This document shows, one piece after another, positions 18,243 through 28,002 of a stretch of 36,111 bases of DNA. The DNA is from a virus (lineage: Duplodnaviria > Caudoviricetes). The translations under genes were made by a program, and so were the position numbers. The notes below the pieces were generated by a model. The model had not been told where the DNA came from. It worked only from the letters and a program-made list of their open reading frames with translations, and did no database searches. Numbering within the stretch: the stretch's first letter is position 1; each line of letters begins with the position of its first letter. The DNA lies in the IMG/VR virus record IMGVR_UViG_3300032295_004003, positions 1 through 36,111 of that record; one strand, 5' to 3'.

Positions 18243-18923
18243 ATGGGTAAAAAAGTAAGTGCTAAAGTATATGAAATTTCTAATTTTAATAAAGCTGTAA
18301 AAGCTAAAAACGCAAATCAAGAACTATATTTAACTTATTTAAATGACTTTAGTAAAAATTATGTTTTTGCTACAGGACCGGCAGGAACAGGTAAAACTCT
18401 TTTAGCTGTTGAAAAGGGTATAGAGTTTTTTGAAAGAAAGCTTTATAATAAAATTATTATTACTAGACCTGCAGTAACTGTTGACGAAGATCATGGATTT
18501 CTCCCAGGAACTTTAGAAGAAAAAATGGACCCATGGGTTAGACCTATTTTAGATGTATTCAAAGAACATTTTAGTAAAGAGCATATTGATTATTTAATAA
18601 AAACCGAAAAAATAGAAATTTCTCCTCTTGCTTATATGAGAGGAAGAACATTTAAAAATGCTTGGATTGTTGCTGATGAAATGCAAAATGCAACTATAAG
18701 TCAAATGAAATTATTGTTAACTCGCTTAGGAGATAATAGTAGAATTATAATAACCGGAGATCTGCAGCAAAACGATCAAAAAACTATAAATGGTTTACAA
18801 GACTTTCTAGAAAAAGAGAGAAGAGTCAAATCTTCTTATATCAGCACTATAACTTTTAAGTCAAGTGATATTGAAAGACATCCTGCCATTAAGGACATAC
18901 TTCATATATATGGAGACGAATAG
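18243..18923 (+). CDS. phoH: PhoH-family ATPase
   Basis: GPAGTGKT, 'TRPAV', 'GFLPG', 'YMRGRTF', 'DEMQN', 'TRLG', 'GDLQQ.D', 'RHP'. Confidence 0.95.
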   Translation: MGKKVSAKVYEISNFNKAVKAKNANQELYLTYLNDFSKNYVFATGPAGTGKTLLAVEKGIEFFERKLYNKIIITRPAVTVDEDHGFLPGTLEEKMDPWVRPILDVFKEHFSKEHIDYLIKTEKIEISPLAYMRGRTFKNAWIVADEMQNATISQMKLLLTRLGDNSRIIITGDLQQNDQKTINGLQDFLEKERRVKSSYISTITFKSSDIERHPAIKDILHIYGDE

Positions 18924-19096
18924 TTTTTTTAAAAAAATAATTTTCTTGTAAAAAGCCTAGTATTATGTTATTATACATAATAATTAAATTTGGGTTTAAA
19001 TATCACACTGTCACAGTTATTTAATTGTAATGTTACAAAAAATGACATTTTGGATATTTATACCAAATAATCTTTTAACATACTAGAGATTTTACT

Positions 19097-19276
19097 ATGC
19101 AAAATTTTTGTAAAGTTTGTGGTGAAGAGTTTAGCGAAAAAAGAGCTAAACTAGGATATCGCACGTGTTTGGTTCATGGTGAGCCGCAAAAAAAGTTTAC
19201 TGTATCTATCCCTTATAACAAGGGACCATATCAACTTATCACTCGTGATAATGTTAAAAATATAGGTAGAAAATAA
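19097..19276 (+). CDS. small zinc-finger-like protein (59 aa)
   Basis: Not in the track. Reads MQNFCKVCGEEFSEKRAKLGYRTCLVHGE...YNKGPYQLIT (CxxC...CxxH). Confidence 0.7.
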   Translation: MQNFCKVCGEEFSEKRAKLGYRTCLVHGEPQKKFTVSIPYNKGPYQLITRDNVKNIGRK

Positions 19277-19365
19277 TGATTAGCTTTTTTAAAACATTAT
19301 GGCGTAGATATCAATTACGCAGAACTTTAAAAAAAATAAATAAAGAAGATCCTTTTATTTATTAA
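19276..19365 (+). CDS. 29-aa peptide
   Basis: TAATG-coupled MISFFKTLWRRYQLRRTLKKINKEDPFIY; exactly fills the gap to the next ATG. Confidence 0.55.
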   Translation: MISFFKTLWRRYQLRRTLKKINKEDPFIY

Positions 19366-19366
19366 A

Positions 19367-20017
19367 ATGTATAAGCATGAAGACCTATTAATAATAGGTG
19401 ATAGCTTTTGTTTGTATAGAGATTCAGAAAATCACTGGCCTTATATACTATCTAACTTATTGACAAGTAGTACTATTAAACCAAGAGGTGAAGGTTTTGC
19501 TGGAGCCTCTTGGTGGTCTACTAGAAAATTACTATTTGCAGAGTGTAAAACTCATAGTCCTAAAATACTAATTTTATGTCATACTAATCATTCTAGAATT
19601 CCTAATGATGATAATCTTGCGTTAAATCATTCGTCTGCTGTTAATGCAAAATTTTTATATAATAATTTGACCCCAGAAGCGGCAGCTTCTGGGTATTATT
19701 TTAAGTATTTGTATTCTGATGACTTTCATTTGTGGTCACAAAAATATTGGTTTTATGAGTTAGATGTATTTTTGAATAGCAATACCAATATTGAAAAAGT
19801 TTTGCATATTTATAATTTTTCTGTAACTCCTTTATATAAATTTAAAAAAGGAATTACAATCGCTGATAGATTAGATAATTACTATTCTATGGATACTAAA
19901 GATAAGATTTACTTTAATCATCTAAGTAATGAGATTAATAAAAAACTAGCTTTTTCTTTACATAAAATAATAAATAACTATGAAGATTCTTATGTGTATA
20001 AGAATAAACTTTTGTAG
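19367..20017 (+). CDS. SGNH/GDSL-like hypothetical protein
   Basis: 'IIGDSF', 'G.AGAS', C-terminal 'NHLS...N'. Confidence 0.6.
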   Translation: MYKHEDLLIIGDSFCLYRDSENHWPYILSNLLTSSTIKPRGEGFAGASWWSTRKLLFAECKTHSPKILILCHTNHSRIPNDDNLALNHSSAVNAKFLYNNLTPEAAASGYYFKYLYSDDFHLWSQKYWFYELDVFLNSNTNIEKVLHIYNFSVTPLYKFKKGITIADRLDNYYSMDTKDKIYFNHLSNEINKKLAFSLHKIINNYEDSYVYKNKLL

Positions 20018-20085
20018 TTTATTCTTGTGCTTTTCTATTATTATTGATATAATACTATATTGAATTAAAAATCAAAGGTTATAGT

Positions 20086-20637
20086 ATGAATAGTCTTGAA
20101 AAAGCTTCTTGGATTGCATGGGGTAAGAAACAAGTTTCTGATATGGAAGCTTATATTCAAACCTGGCCACACAAAGGTTGTTCTAGTTTTAAAATAGAAG
20201 ATACTAAGTTCGACTTTTCTAAACGTAGAACTACCTCAAAAGGTGGTATCTCTAATTTTCACGGATACTACGCTCCATTTATTGATATAGCTATGTATAA
20301 TTATGTTCAGCCTACCAATGTTTATCGTTTTTATGAGTATAAATCATACGACGAAAATAAAGTATTTGGTGGTTTTTATTCTGATAATATAGAGCATAGG
20401 ATTACAGCTGTTATATGTCATGAAATGGCTCACGCTGCTCAATTCTGGCATAAGTATTATAACAACCTCCAAAACGTGAAACCTCATGGCGAAGAGTTTA
20501 AAAAATATTATGCTGCTCTAAGACAGGTATTTCTAAATAATGATTTACCAGATCAGCAAGTTATGGGCGCACGATACAGAGAATTAAAAAAGATTGCCAT
20601 ATTTCAAGAACTCGGACCTATCAGAAGAGCCGCGTAA
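20086..20637 (+). CDS. SprT-like zinc metalloprotease
   Basis: HEMAH...PHGEEF. Upstream promoter TTGTGC-N17-TATAAT. Confidence 0.7.
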   Translation: MNSLEKASWIAWGKKQVSDMEAYIQTWPHKGCSSFKIEDTKFDFSKRRTTSKGGISNFHGYYAPFIDIAMYNYVQPTNVYRFYEYKSYDENKVFGGFYSDNIEHRITAVICHEMAHAAQFWHKYYNNLQNVKPHGEEFKKYYAALRQVFLNNDLPDQQVMGARYRELKKIAIFQELGPIRRAA

Positions 20638-20646
20638 AGGATTAAC

Positions 20647-20883
20647 ATGAAAAACCAACCAGATAATTTTGACAAGGGCAAGGCTGTTATGCAATTTGCC
20701 ATGCAAGACATTAATAAAATTGCGAATCAATATTATGAAAAGCACCCACATGCTACAGGAGCAGCTATGTTAGCGGTGACCAGAGATATTTATCTAAGAG
20801 CTTATGGTCCAGAGACAACTGCTATGATGTTTTATAAGTTAGCAGATGATTTAGCAGTGCAAGTACCAAAAAAGTATATTTAA
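20647..20883 (+). CDS. hypothetical protein
   Basis: AAGGA SD; packed in the operon. Confidence 0.7.
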   Translation: MKNQPDNFDKGKAVMQFAMQDINKIANQYYEKHPHATGAAMLAVTRDIYLRAYGPETTAMMFYKLADDLAVQVPKKYI

Positions 20884-21090
20884 ATGGACTTTTTGCTTGC
20901 ATTATTCTTTTTATATATGTTATTATCTATATGCTTCTCTTTAGGAAAAGCTGTAGAAATTATAACTTACAACTTGGTTAACCCAAATGAAAAAAGAACT
21001 GAGTTTCATTTCTATACTGAAAAAAATAACTCAAGACATAGAGTGTGTAGGCAACCAAACCCTCGCAGCGTGCGTAGTAAAAAGAAATAA
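20884..21090 (+). CDS. possible small membrane protein
   Basis: Starts directly after the previous stop and has a hydrophobic N-terminus, but overlaps the deaminase by ~100 nt. Confidence 0.4.
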   Translation: MDFLLALFFLYMLLSICFSLGKAVEIITYNLVNPNEKRTEFHFYTEKNNSRHRVCRQPNPRSVRSKKK

Positions 21091-21391
21091 AATTATTTCT
21101 TTTGGTCATAATAAAAATAAAACCCACCCTCTACAAAATAAATTTACTAAACATCCAGAAGCTATTTATCTTCATGCAGAGATAGATGCTATTAAAAATG
21201 CTTTGAAACGAGTTAGCACTGAGGATCTTTTGGGTTCTACTCTTTATGTGGTAAGAACCAAGAAAGATGGATCAGAAGGTCTTGCTAAGCCTTGTAAAGG
21301 ATGTATGCAAGCTATTGAGTCTTTTGGTATCTCAAAAGTAGTATATACTACTAATATTGAAGGACAGTATCAAAAATTGAAAAGGTATTAA
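20987..21391 (+). CDS. cytidine/dCMP deaminase-family protein
   Basis: HAE...PCxxC zinc motif (LHAEIDA, KPCKGC). Confidence 0.88.
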   Translation: MKKELSFISILKKITQDIECVGNQTLAACVVKRNKIISFGHNKNKTHPLQNKFTKHPEAIYLHAEIDAIKNALKRVSTEDLLGSTLYVVRTKKDGSEGLAKPCKGCMQAIESFGISKVVYTTNIEGQYQKLKRY

Positions 21392-21392
21392 T

Positions 21393-22163
21393 ATGATTAT
21401 TTATTGGAGGGTTTGCGAGAAGCAAGAAACCCAGAGTTTTGCTAAGCGTTGGGAAGGCAAAGATAAAAGAGAACTACTTAGAAAGTGTTGGTTATCTATT
21501 CAACCATCCATCACTCCTGAAGATGTTATTATAATTGCTTGGGATAAAGTTAGACAATCTACTTTAGATTGGCTAGTTTCTACATCAAAAACACCTAATA
21601 TTCAATTACAAGAATGTCCTATACCTTTGGTTGATCAATCTGTAGAGGATATGTTAGGTCCTGTTATGGACGGCAGACGTCACCATTATACTTCTCTAGC
21701 AAATCTCATAGATACTACAACAAGACTCTTTCCAGAAGAGATTCATTATCTATGTAATGATGATTTTTTACATTTACCCCATGCTATTGCTGCTATGAAG
21801 TCCGTTTATCGTAGTGGTTGGCGTGGTTTTGTTGCTGCATATGATTACCCAGATCGTTACACTTTAGACAGAGACAGACACTGTGAGGTAATGATTAATG
21901 AGTTTTCTCACTGGAGAACTATACCTTCTTGTACTGGTTGTACATCTGCTTTAGGTCACACATGGCAGGAGCATATTAAACTATTTAAACAGAACGCAAT
22001 TTATAATTCTGATAGCTTTACTTGGGAAATGTATGCTAAGTCTGGGGCAATTTGTCCTATACCTGGCATGGCTACGCATTTAACAGAAGGTTGTTTAACT
22101 CCTAGAATTGATTGGAAACAAATATATGATTCTATAGATTTAGGGTCAGAAAGATGGGATTGA
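21393..22163 (+). CDS. glycosyltransferase (GT-A/GT2-like)
   Basis: 'HYLCNDDFLH' DD motif, 'YDYPDRY', 'CPIPGMATH'. Confidence 0.6.
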   Translation: MIIYWRVCEKQETQSFAKRWEGKDKRELLRKCWLSIQPSITPEDVIIIAWDKVRQSTLDWLVSTSKTPNIQLQECPIPLVDQSVEDMLGPVMDGRRHHYTSLANLIDTTTRLFPEEIHYLCNDDFLHLPHAIAAMKSVYRSGWRGFVAAYDYPDRYTLDRDRHCEVMINEFSHWRTIPSCTGCTSALGHTWQEHIKLFKQNAIYNSDSFTWEMYAKSGAICPIPGMATHLTEGCLTPRIDWKQIYDSIDLGSERWD

Positions 22164-22164
22164 T

Positions 22165-22815
22165 ATGCAGAGTGTAATTATTATTGGAACTGGTAAAACA
22201 GCTGAGTTAGTTTATGAATACTTAAAAGACTCTTTTAATATTCTTGCGTTTGCTGAAACTACGCCACGAGTTCTCATTTTGAATGAGAAACCTGTATTTT
22301 CTTTAGAAAAAATCAAATCTTTTGATAGATCTTCTATTAAACTTTTTGTTGCTGTCGGAGTTAATAAACTTAATACTATTAGACAGAGTTTATATCTTGA
22401 CCTCTTAGATGATGGTTGGGATTTTATTACTTATATTCACCCTCGTGCTACAGTTGCTTCTACAGCCAGAGTAGGCAAGAACTGTATTGTTATGGAAGAA
22501 AATGTAATACAGGATTTTACTACTATTGGCGATAATAACATTCTATGGAGTGGTAACCATATTGGTCATCATTCAACTATAGGATCTCATAACTTTATAT
22601 CTTCACATGTTGTTATTTGTGGTAATTGTGTTATTGGAGATAACAACTTTTTTGGTGTTAACTCTTGTGTAGGAGATAATATCACAGTAGGAAATTACAA
22701 TTGGTTTAGCCCTCTTACTGCGACTACTAAATCTATTGCTGATGATAATTTACTTGTTATGCCAAAGACAGAGATATCACCTTTATCCACTAAAAAGGTG
22801 TTTAAAGTTTCATGA
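22165..22815 (+). CDS. sugar acetyltransferase (NeuD/PglD-like, hexapeptide repeats)
   Basis: N-terminal IIGTG, 'YIHPRA.V', left-handed beta-helix repeats with 'HIGHH'. Confidence 0.9.
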   Translation: MQSVIIIGTGKTAELVYEYLKDSFNILAFAETTPRVLILNEKPVFSLEKIKSFDRSSIKLFVAVGVNKLNTIRQSLYLDLLDDGWDFITYIHPRATVASTARVGKNCIVMEENVIQDFTTIGDNNILWSGNHIGHHSTIGSHNFISSHVVICGNCVIGDNNFFGVNSCVGDNITVGNYNWFSPLTATTKSIADDNLLVMPKTEISPLSTKKVFKVS

Positions 22816-23753
22816 AATGGAACAAACTAGGTTTAGTTTATAACCCAGCTGGTAGTGGTATCAGCTGGGCAAAAAGCCATGCTTATATTCCAACACCTAT
22901 ACTTCTTACAGAAGAACTAATAAGAGTTTTCGTAGCTTTCTGGGATGAGAAAAATATAGGAAGAATAGGTTATGTAGATGTTTCTGCTGAAAACCCCACT
23001 AAAATATTATCTGTAAGTAAAAAACCTTGTTTAGATATAGGTAATACAGGTAAGTTTGACTGTATGGGAGTTACCCCCATGTCCTACATAAGATCCGGTG
23101 ATACTATATATTTATTATATACAGGCTGGGGAGAAGATAAAACCTATCCATATACCTTATTCACTGGCTTAGCTGTTAGTGATGATTATGGTGTTAGCTT
23201 TACCAGAGTTTTTGATAAGCCTGTATTAGGTCCTATAAAAGGAGAAAGTTCTATAAGAACAGCTGCTTTTGTTCAGTATCAATCAGAATTAGATGAGTAC
23301 TGGGTTTGGTATGTTGGTGGGGATAATTGGTTTTATGCAGATAATAAATTAACTCCTACTTATGACCTTAAATTAATAAGAAGTGAGAGCTTATTTAATC
23401 TTGATGATAAGCTTCCTATAGAGTGTATGAAAGCAGATATTAATTTAAACGAGTATGGTATTGGTAGACCTTGTGTGATTAAAGAAAAAGATATATTTAA
23501 ACTTTTTTATTCTAGTAGAAGGTATAATCACGGTTATCAATTAGGTTATGCTGAGTCATTAGATGGTGTAAATTGGACAAGATTAGATAATTATTTAGGA
23601 ATAGAAAAATCCCAAATTGGTTGGGATTCTAAAATGCAATGTTTTTCTTATGTTTTGAAAACTAAATATGGAACTTATTTATTCTATAATGGAAATGAAC
23701 ACGGAAAGCAAGGCTTTGGAGTAGCTAAATATGAAAGTAATAATAGCGGGTAG
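22812..23753 (+). CDS. five-bladed beta-propeller glycosidase-like protein
   Basis: 'MKWNKLGL', 'YLLYTGW', 'GLAVSDD.G.SF', 'GYAESLDGVNW', 'YNGN.HGK.GFG.A'. Confidence 0.75.
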   Translation: MKWNKLGLVYNPAGSGISWAKSHAYIPTPILLTEELIRVFVAFWDEKNIGRIGYVDVSAENPTKILSVSKKPCLDIGNTGKFDCMGVTPMSYIRSGDTIYLLYTGWGEDKTYPYTLFTGLAVSDDYGVSFTRVFDKPVLGPIKGESSIRTAAFVQYQSELDEYWVWYVGGDNWFYADNKLTPTYDLKLIRSESLFNLDDKLPIECMKADINLNEYGIGRPCVIKEKDIFKLFYSSRRYNHGYQLGYAESLDGVNWTRLDNYLGIEKSQIGWDSKMQCFSYVLKTKYGTYLFYNGNEHGKQGFGVAKYESNNSG

Positions 23754-24072
23754 TAGACTTTTCGTACCCACTCATAGTGATGCTTTAGTACTAGATAAAT
23801 ATAAAAATAGTATTACTGAAGTCGTATCAGGGTGTGCCAAAGGAGGAGATGCTTTTGGAGAGTCATGGGCTGCTTGGAATAACGTAAAAATTAAAAAATT
23901 TCCTGCAAACTGGGATTTGTATGGAAAAGCTGCTGGTCATATTAGAAATAAAGAAATGGCTTTATACGCAGATGGATTAATAGCTTTTATGGTAAATAAT
24001 AGTAAAGGCACTAGTAATATGATAAAACAAGCAAAAGAACATAACCTTTGGGTAGAGATAGTAGAAAAATGA
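23731..24072 (+). CDS. YspA/DUF2493 SLOG-family protein
   Basis: 'IIAGSR', 'VSGCAKGGD', 'ANWDLYGKAAGHIRN', 'SKGT..MI'. Confidence 0.85.
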   Translation: MKVIIAGSRLFVPTHSDALVLDKYKNSITEVVSGCAKGGDAFGESWAAWNNVKIKKFPANWDLYGKAAGHIRNKEMALYADGLIAFMVNNSKGTSNMIKQAKEHNLWVEIVEK

Positions 24073-24842
24073 AAAATATTGTTATAGCAGGATATGGGTT
24101 TGTAGGAAAAGCCCATGACTCAGTTTTAAAAAATTATTTTACAATTTCAATAGTTGATCCTAAATTTAACTCTTACAGAGTATACGATTTTCCAACTGCA
24201 GATGGTATCATCATATGTGTAGCTACCCCTAAAAACGAAGATGGTAGTTGCAATATTAAAGCTGTAAAAAGTGTAATTAGAGATACTAGAATTTCAACTC
24301 CTATCCTAATTAAGAGCACAATATCTCTTGAAGGCTGGAGAAAAATTAAAGAATTATTTCCTACACATAGTATATCTTTTTCTCCTGAATTTTTAAGAGC
24401 TGAAACTGCTTTAGAAGATTTTGCCAATACTGAAAACTTATATATAGGTGGGGACAATACTGACTTTTGGAAAGATGTATTTGTCACAGCTTTTAAAGGC
24501 TTGATTGATGTTCAAACACAATTTTCTCCAGAAGAACTTATATTAACTAAATATTTTGAAAATTCTTTCTTAGCTACTAAAGTTGCTTTTTTTAATCAAA
24601 TCTATGATCTTTGTGATGCAACAAACATAAATTATGAGAACGTATCCTACTTAGTAGGATCAGATTCTAGAATAGGTTATAGCCATACTAAGGTGACCGA
24701 AGAACGTGGTTTTGGAGGACATTGTTTTCCAAAAGATACTAGTGCTATTTTACATACAGCAGACTCTTTTTCTATAGATTTAAGTATTCTGAGAGAGGCT
24801 GTTTCTTATAATAAAAAAATTAGAACTGTAAATGATGTATGA
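24069..24842 (+). CDS. UDP-glucose/GDP-mannose dehydrogenase-like (N-terminal and central domains only)
   Basis: GYGFVG, 'ICVATP', 'IKST', 'PEFLR', 'GFGGHCFPKD' (catalytic Cys). Confidence 0.88.
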   Translation: MKNIVIAGYGFVGKAHDSVLKNYFTISIVDPKFNSYRVYDFPTADGIIICVATPKNEDGSCNIKAVKSVIRDTRISTPILIKSTISLEGWRKIKELFPTHSISFSPEFLRAETALEDFANTENLYIGGDNTDFWKDVFVTAFKGLIDVQTQFSPEELILTKYFENSFLATKVAFFNQIYDLCDATNINYENVSYLVGSDSRIGYSHTKVTEERGFGGHCFPKDTSAILHTADSFSIDLSILREAVSYNKKIRTVNDV

Positions 24843-25777
24843 TTACTGTAAAATTTTATACTGAAAATGATAGAGTTTCTTGGGACAATCTTGTAGATAA
24901 TTCTTTTAATGGAACTTTTATGCATAAAAGAGGTTTTATAGACTATCATAAAGATAGATTTTTAGATTCTTCTTTAATCATATATTATAATAATATTGTT
25001 TGTGGTGTATTTCCTGCTGTAAAACTAGATAATAAGATTGTATCACACCCAGGGTTAGCTATTGGTGGATTAGTATACAGTGATAGGTTAAGAGGTTATG
25101 ACTTATTAGAAACTTTAATAAAAATTAAAGAAGCGTATGATTACTTACCAATAGTTTACAAAGCTACTCCAGCAGAGTTTCAAAAACACTGTGTGTCTGA
25201 CGATACATGGGCTTTATTTAATATAAAAGCAAAAAAAGTTTCTTGTGAGTTATCTTCGATATTAAATCCTTTAACCACTAACTACGAGTACTGGCCTGAT
25301 AAAAAAGATGAGTTAAATAATTTAAAGAATAATATTGTTTTATCTGCAATGGATTTATCTAATTTAGATTTAGTTAAAGAGTTTTGGGATAAAGTTTTAA
25401 TTCCTAATTTAAAAAAATATGGTATAAAACCTACCCATACACCAGAAGATATTCAATATTTATACACTAATTTTCCAGTTTTTATTAAAGGGTTATTGGC
25501 AAGACATGAGTCTGGTAAAATGCTTGGAGGATTAATTGTATTTAGATTTAACAAGTGTTATCATGTTCAATATTCTGTTACTAATTCTAAAGGAAGAGCC
25601 TTAAACGCTCTGACCCTACTTCACCATTATATGATTGAGCATCTACCTTCCGATGTTCATTATTATAATTTTGGTAAGTCTACAGAAGAAAATGGTTACA
25701 AGTTAAATTCTAATCTGTATTACTATAAAAATGGTTTTGGAGGAGGCTCTATGAATTATGACGTATATGAATATTAA
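24839..25777 (+). CDS. GNAT-family acyltransferase (FemAB-like)
   Basis: 'NGTFMH.R.F.DYH.DRF', 'SHPGL..GG', 'YYNFG.STE..G', 'K.GFG'. Confidence 0.75.
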   Translation: MITVKFYTENDRVSWDNLVDNSFNGTFMHKRGFIDYHKDRFLDSSLIIYYNNIVCGVFPAVKLDNKIVSHPGLAIGGLVYSDRLRGYDLLETLIKIKEAYDYLPIVYKATPAEFQKHCVSDDTWALFNIKAKKVSCELSSILNPLTTNYEYWPDKKDELNNLKNNIVLSAMDLSNLDLVKEFWDKVLIPNLKKYGIKPTHTPEDIQYLYTNFPVFIKGLLARHESGKMLGGLIVFRFNKCYHVQYSVTNSKGRALNALTLLHHYMIEHLPSDVHYYNFGKSTEENGYKLNSNLYYYKNGFGGGSMNYDVYEY

Positions 25778-26849
25778 ACTTAATGATTTAAAAGCTCAAT
25801 GGGATCTTATAAAGAAAGAAGCTCTTCCAGAGATAGAAGATTTTTTATCTTCAGGTCATTATATTAATAATCCTTACATTAAAAGGTTCGAAGAAGCTTG
25901 GAGTAAATATAGTAATTTAGATAACTCTATAATGGTATCTTCTGGTACAGATGCTTATAAAGTTTGTTTACAAAGTTTCCAATATAAACCAGAAGAAACT
26001 TGTGTGTTACTACAGAATAATAGCTGGGCTTCTATTTTATTTGTAACTAAATCTTTGGGTTATAATTATGATTTTATAGACTGTGATTCATATTTACAGT
26101 ATAATACAGAGCATTTAGATTTTTGGCTTAAAAATTATAGATCACAGTTTAAAAACATAATATTAGTTCCAACTCATATTTTAGGTCATCCTTGTAATAT
26201 GCCAGTAATATATAACTTGGCAAAAAAATATGAGTGTAAGATAATTGAAGATTGTTCTCAGTCTCACGGATCTGAACTTGTAGATGGGAGTAAGCTAGGG
26301 TTTTTTGGAGATATAGCCTTTTGGTCATGCTTTCCAGGTAAAAATTTAGGTGGAGTATCTGAAGCAGGTGTAGTATCTACTTTAAGTTCTTGTCTGTCTA
26401 CAACTGTAAAATCTTTAATAAACTGCGGTATGTATGAAAAATATAAATTTTCAACAGAAGGATCAAATCACAGACCTTCTGGAATATCAGCTATAGTTTT
26501 ATACCATAAATTAAAATATTTAGATGAGTGGAATGATAGAAGAGCAGTTATAGCAGATAAATATTCTAAGTTAGTTAAACTTCCTATAGCTCCCTACTGT
26601 AAAAAACATGTATATCATTACTATTATTTTTCTACAGAAAATAGGGATAATATTACAAAAATATTAGATAAAGCTAGTATACCTTATAATATTAATTACC
26701 CTTTTACTTTATCTGAATTTACAGATAAAAAAACTATATACCCACATTCAGAGGATATATCTGATACAATACTATGTTTACCCTGTCATCCATTTATGAC
26801 TGATGAACAAGTAGATTATATTATTGAAACCTTAAAAGAAGAGATATAA
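25758..26849 (+). CDS. DegT/DnrJ/EryC1/StrS aminotransferase
   Basis: 'VSSGTDA', 'IIEDCSQSHG', 'SCFPGKNLGG' (PLP lysine), 'LPCHP'. Confidence 0.9.
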   Translation: MTYMNIKLNDLKAQWDLIKKEALPEIEDFLSSGHYINNPYIKRFEEAWSKYSNLDNSIMVSSGTDAYKVCLQSFQYKPEETCVLLQNNSWASILFVTKSLGYNYDFIDCDSYLQYNTEHLDFWLKNYRSQFKNIILVPTHILGHPCNMPVIYNLAKKYECKIIEDCSQSHGSELVDGSKLGFFGDIAFWSCFPGKNLGGVSEAGVVSTLSSCLSTTVKSLINCGMYEKYKFSTEGSNHRPSGISAIVLYHKLKYLDEWNDRRAVIADKYSKLVKLPIAPYCKKHVYHYYYFSTENRDNITKILDKASIPYNINYPFTLSEFTDKKTIYPHSEDISDTILCLPCHPFMTDEQVDYIIETLKEEI

Positions 26850-26850
26850 A

Positions 26851-28002
26851 ATGTTAGATCCAAGAATTAAAAATGCTTTAGGTAAAGAAATAATTAGACA
26901 AGAAAATACTATTGAGCTAATAGCTAGTGAGAATTATACCAGCCAAGAAATTATGAATTTGTGTGGCAGTATTTTAACTAATAAATATGCAGAAGGCCTT
27001 CCAGGTAAAAGATACTACAATGGTTGTGAAAATGTAGACGATATCGAAAACCTAGCAATTGAATACGCGGCAAATCTATTTAAATGTAATTTTGCCAATG
27101 TTCAACCACATTCAGGCGCTAACGCTAATTTGGCTGTATTTAAAGCTTTTTTAAATCCTAATGATGTTGTAGTTGGAATGGATTTATCTTCTGGAGGACA
27201 TTTAAGTCATGGTTCTTCAGTTAACATTAGTGGTAGCTGGTTTTCAGCTTATCCTTATGGAGTAGATGAAAACGGTTTTATTGATTATGATGCTGTTGCT
27301 CAGTTAGTATTAGATTTTAAACCTAAAATTGTTGTGGCTGGCGCTAGCGCGTATAGCCAAGTCATTGATTGGAAGAGGTTTAAGGATATTGCAAATAGCG
27401 TGAACGCTTTACTATTAGCAGATATTGCTCATTACAGTGGTTTAATTGCCGGTGGAGAGTATCCTAGCCCATTTCCTTTTGCTGATATTGTTACAACTAC
27501 TACACATAAAGGTCTTCGAGGTCCGCGCGGCGGCATGATTCTTTGGAATAATTCAAGCTTCTCTAAACGCATTAATAGTGCTGTATTTCCCGGCACACAA
27601 GGAGGCCCTTTAATGCATATCATTGCAGGTAAGGCTCAGTGTTTTTATGAAGCTTTACAGCCTGATTTTAAAGACTATGCTAAACAAGTAAGATTAAATG
27701 CAGATGCAATGGTTAAAACTTTTATAGATTCTGGCATCTCTATAGTAAGTGGAGGTACAAAATGTCACATGTTTACTATTGATCTTAGTAATGAAAAGTT
27801 TAGTGGAAGGCAGTATGCCGATCTTTTAGAGGTTAATGGTATAACTGTAAATAAAAATGGAGTTCCAGGAGAGAAGAGAAGCTTTGTAGAAACTTCTGGA
27901 GTGCGTATAGGCGTTGCTGCTGAGACTACCAAAGGTCATAAAGAAGACTGGTTTATTGATTTAGCACATAGAATGATAAATATTTTGAGGGACAGTAAAT
28001 GA
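26851..28002 (+). CDS. glyA: serine hydroxymethyltransferase
   Basis: 'LIASEN', 'NKYAEG.PG.RYY', 'NVQPHSG', 'GGHLSHG', 'TTTHKGLRGPRGG', 'FPGTQGGP'. Confidence 0.97.
   Translation: MLDPRIKNALGKEIIRQENTIELIASENYTSQEIMNLCGSILTNKYAEGLPGKRYYNGCENVDDIENLAIEYAANLFKCNFANVQPHSGANANLAVFKAFLNPNDVVVGMDLSSGGHLSHGSSVNISGSWFSAYPYGVDENGFIDYDAVAQLVLDFKPKIVVAGASAYSQVIDWKRFKDIANSVNALLLADIAHYSGLIAGGEYPSPFPFADIVTTTTHKGLRGPRGGMILWNNSSFSKRINSAVFPGTQGGPLMHIIAGKAQCFYEALQPDFKDYAKQVRLNADAMVKTFIDSGISIVSGGTKCHMFTIDLSNEKFSGRQYADLLEVNGITVNKNGVPGEKRSFVETSGVRIGVAAETTKGHKEDWFIDLAHRMINILRDSK

Noticed and set aside
19008-19036. Pho box (CTGTCAC) near phoH
   Set aside because: Only one good half-site, and it lies downstream of phoH.
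1073-27623. Other short nested or antisense ORFs in the track (e.g. 1073, 2088, 3760, 4551, 5326, 6055, 6355, 6593, 11004, 12137, 12147, 13008, 13560, 15377, 17656, 24173, 27432)
   Set aside because: Each lies within a better-supported gene and lacks an SD or recognisable motif.
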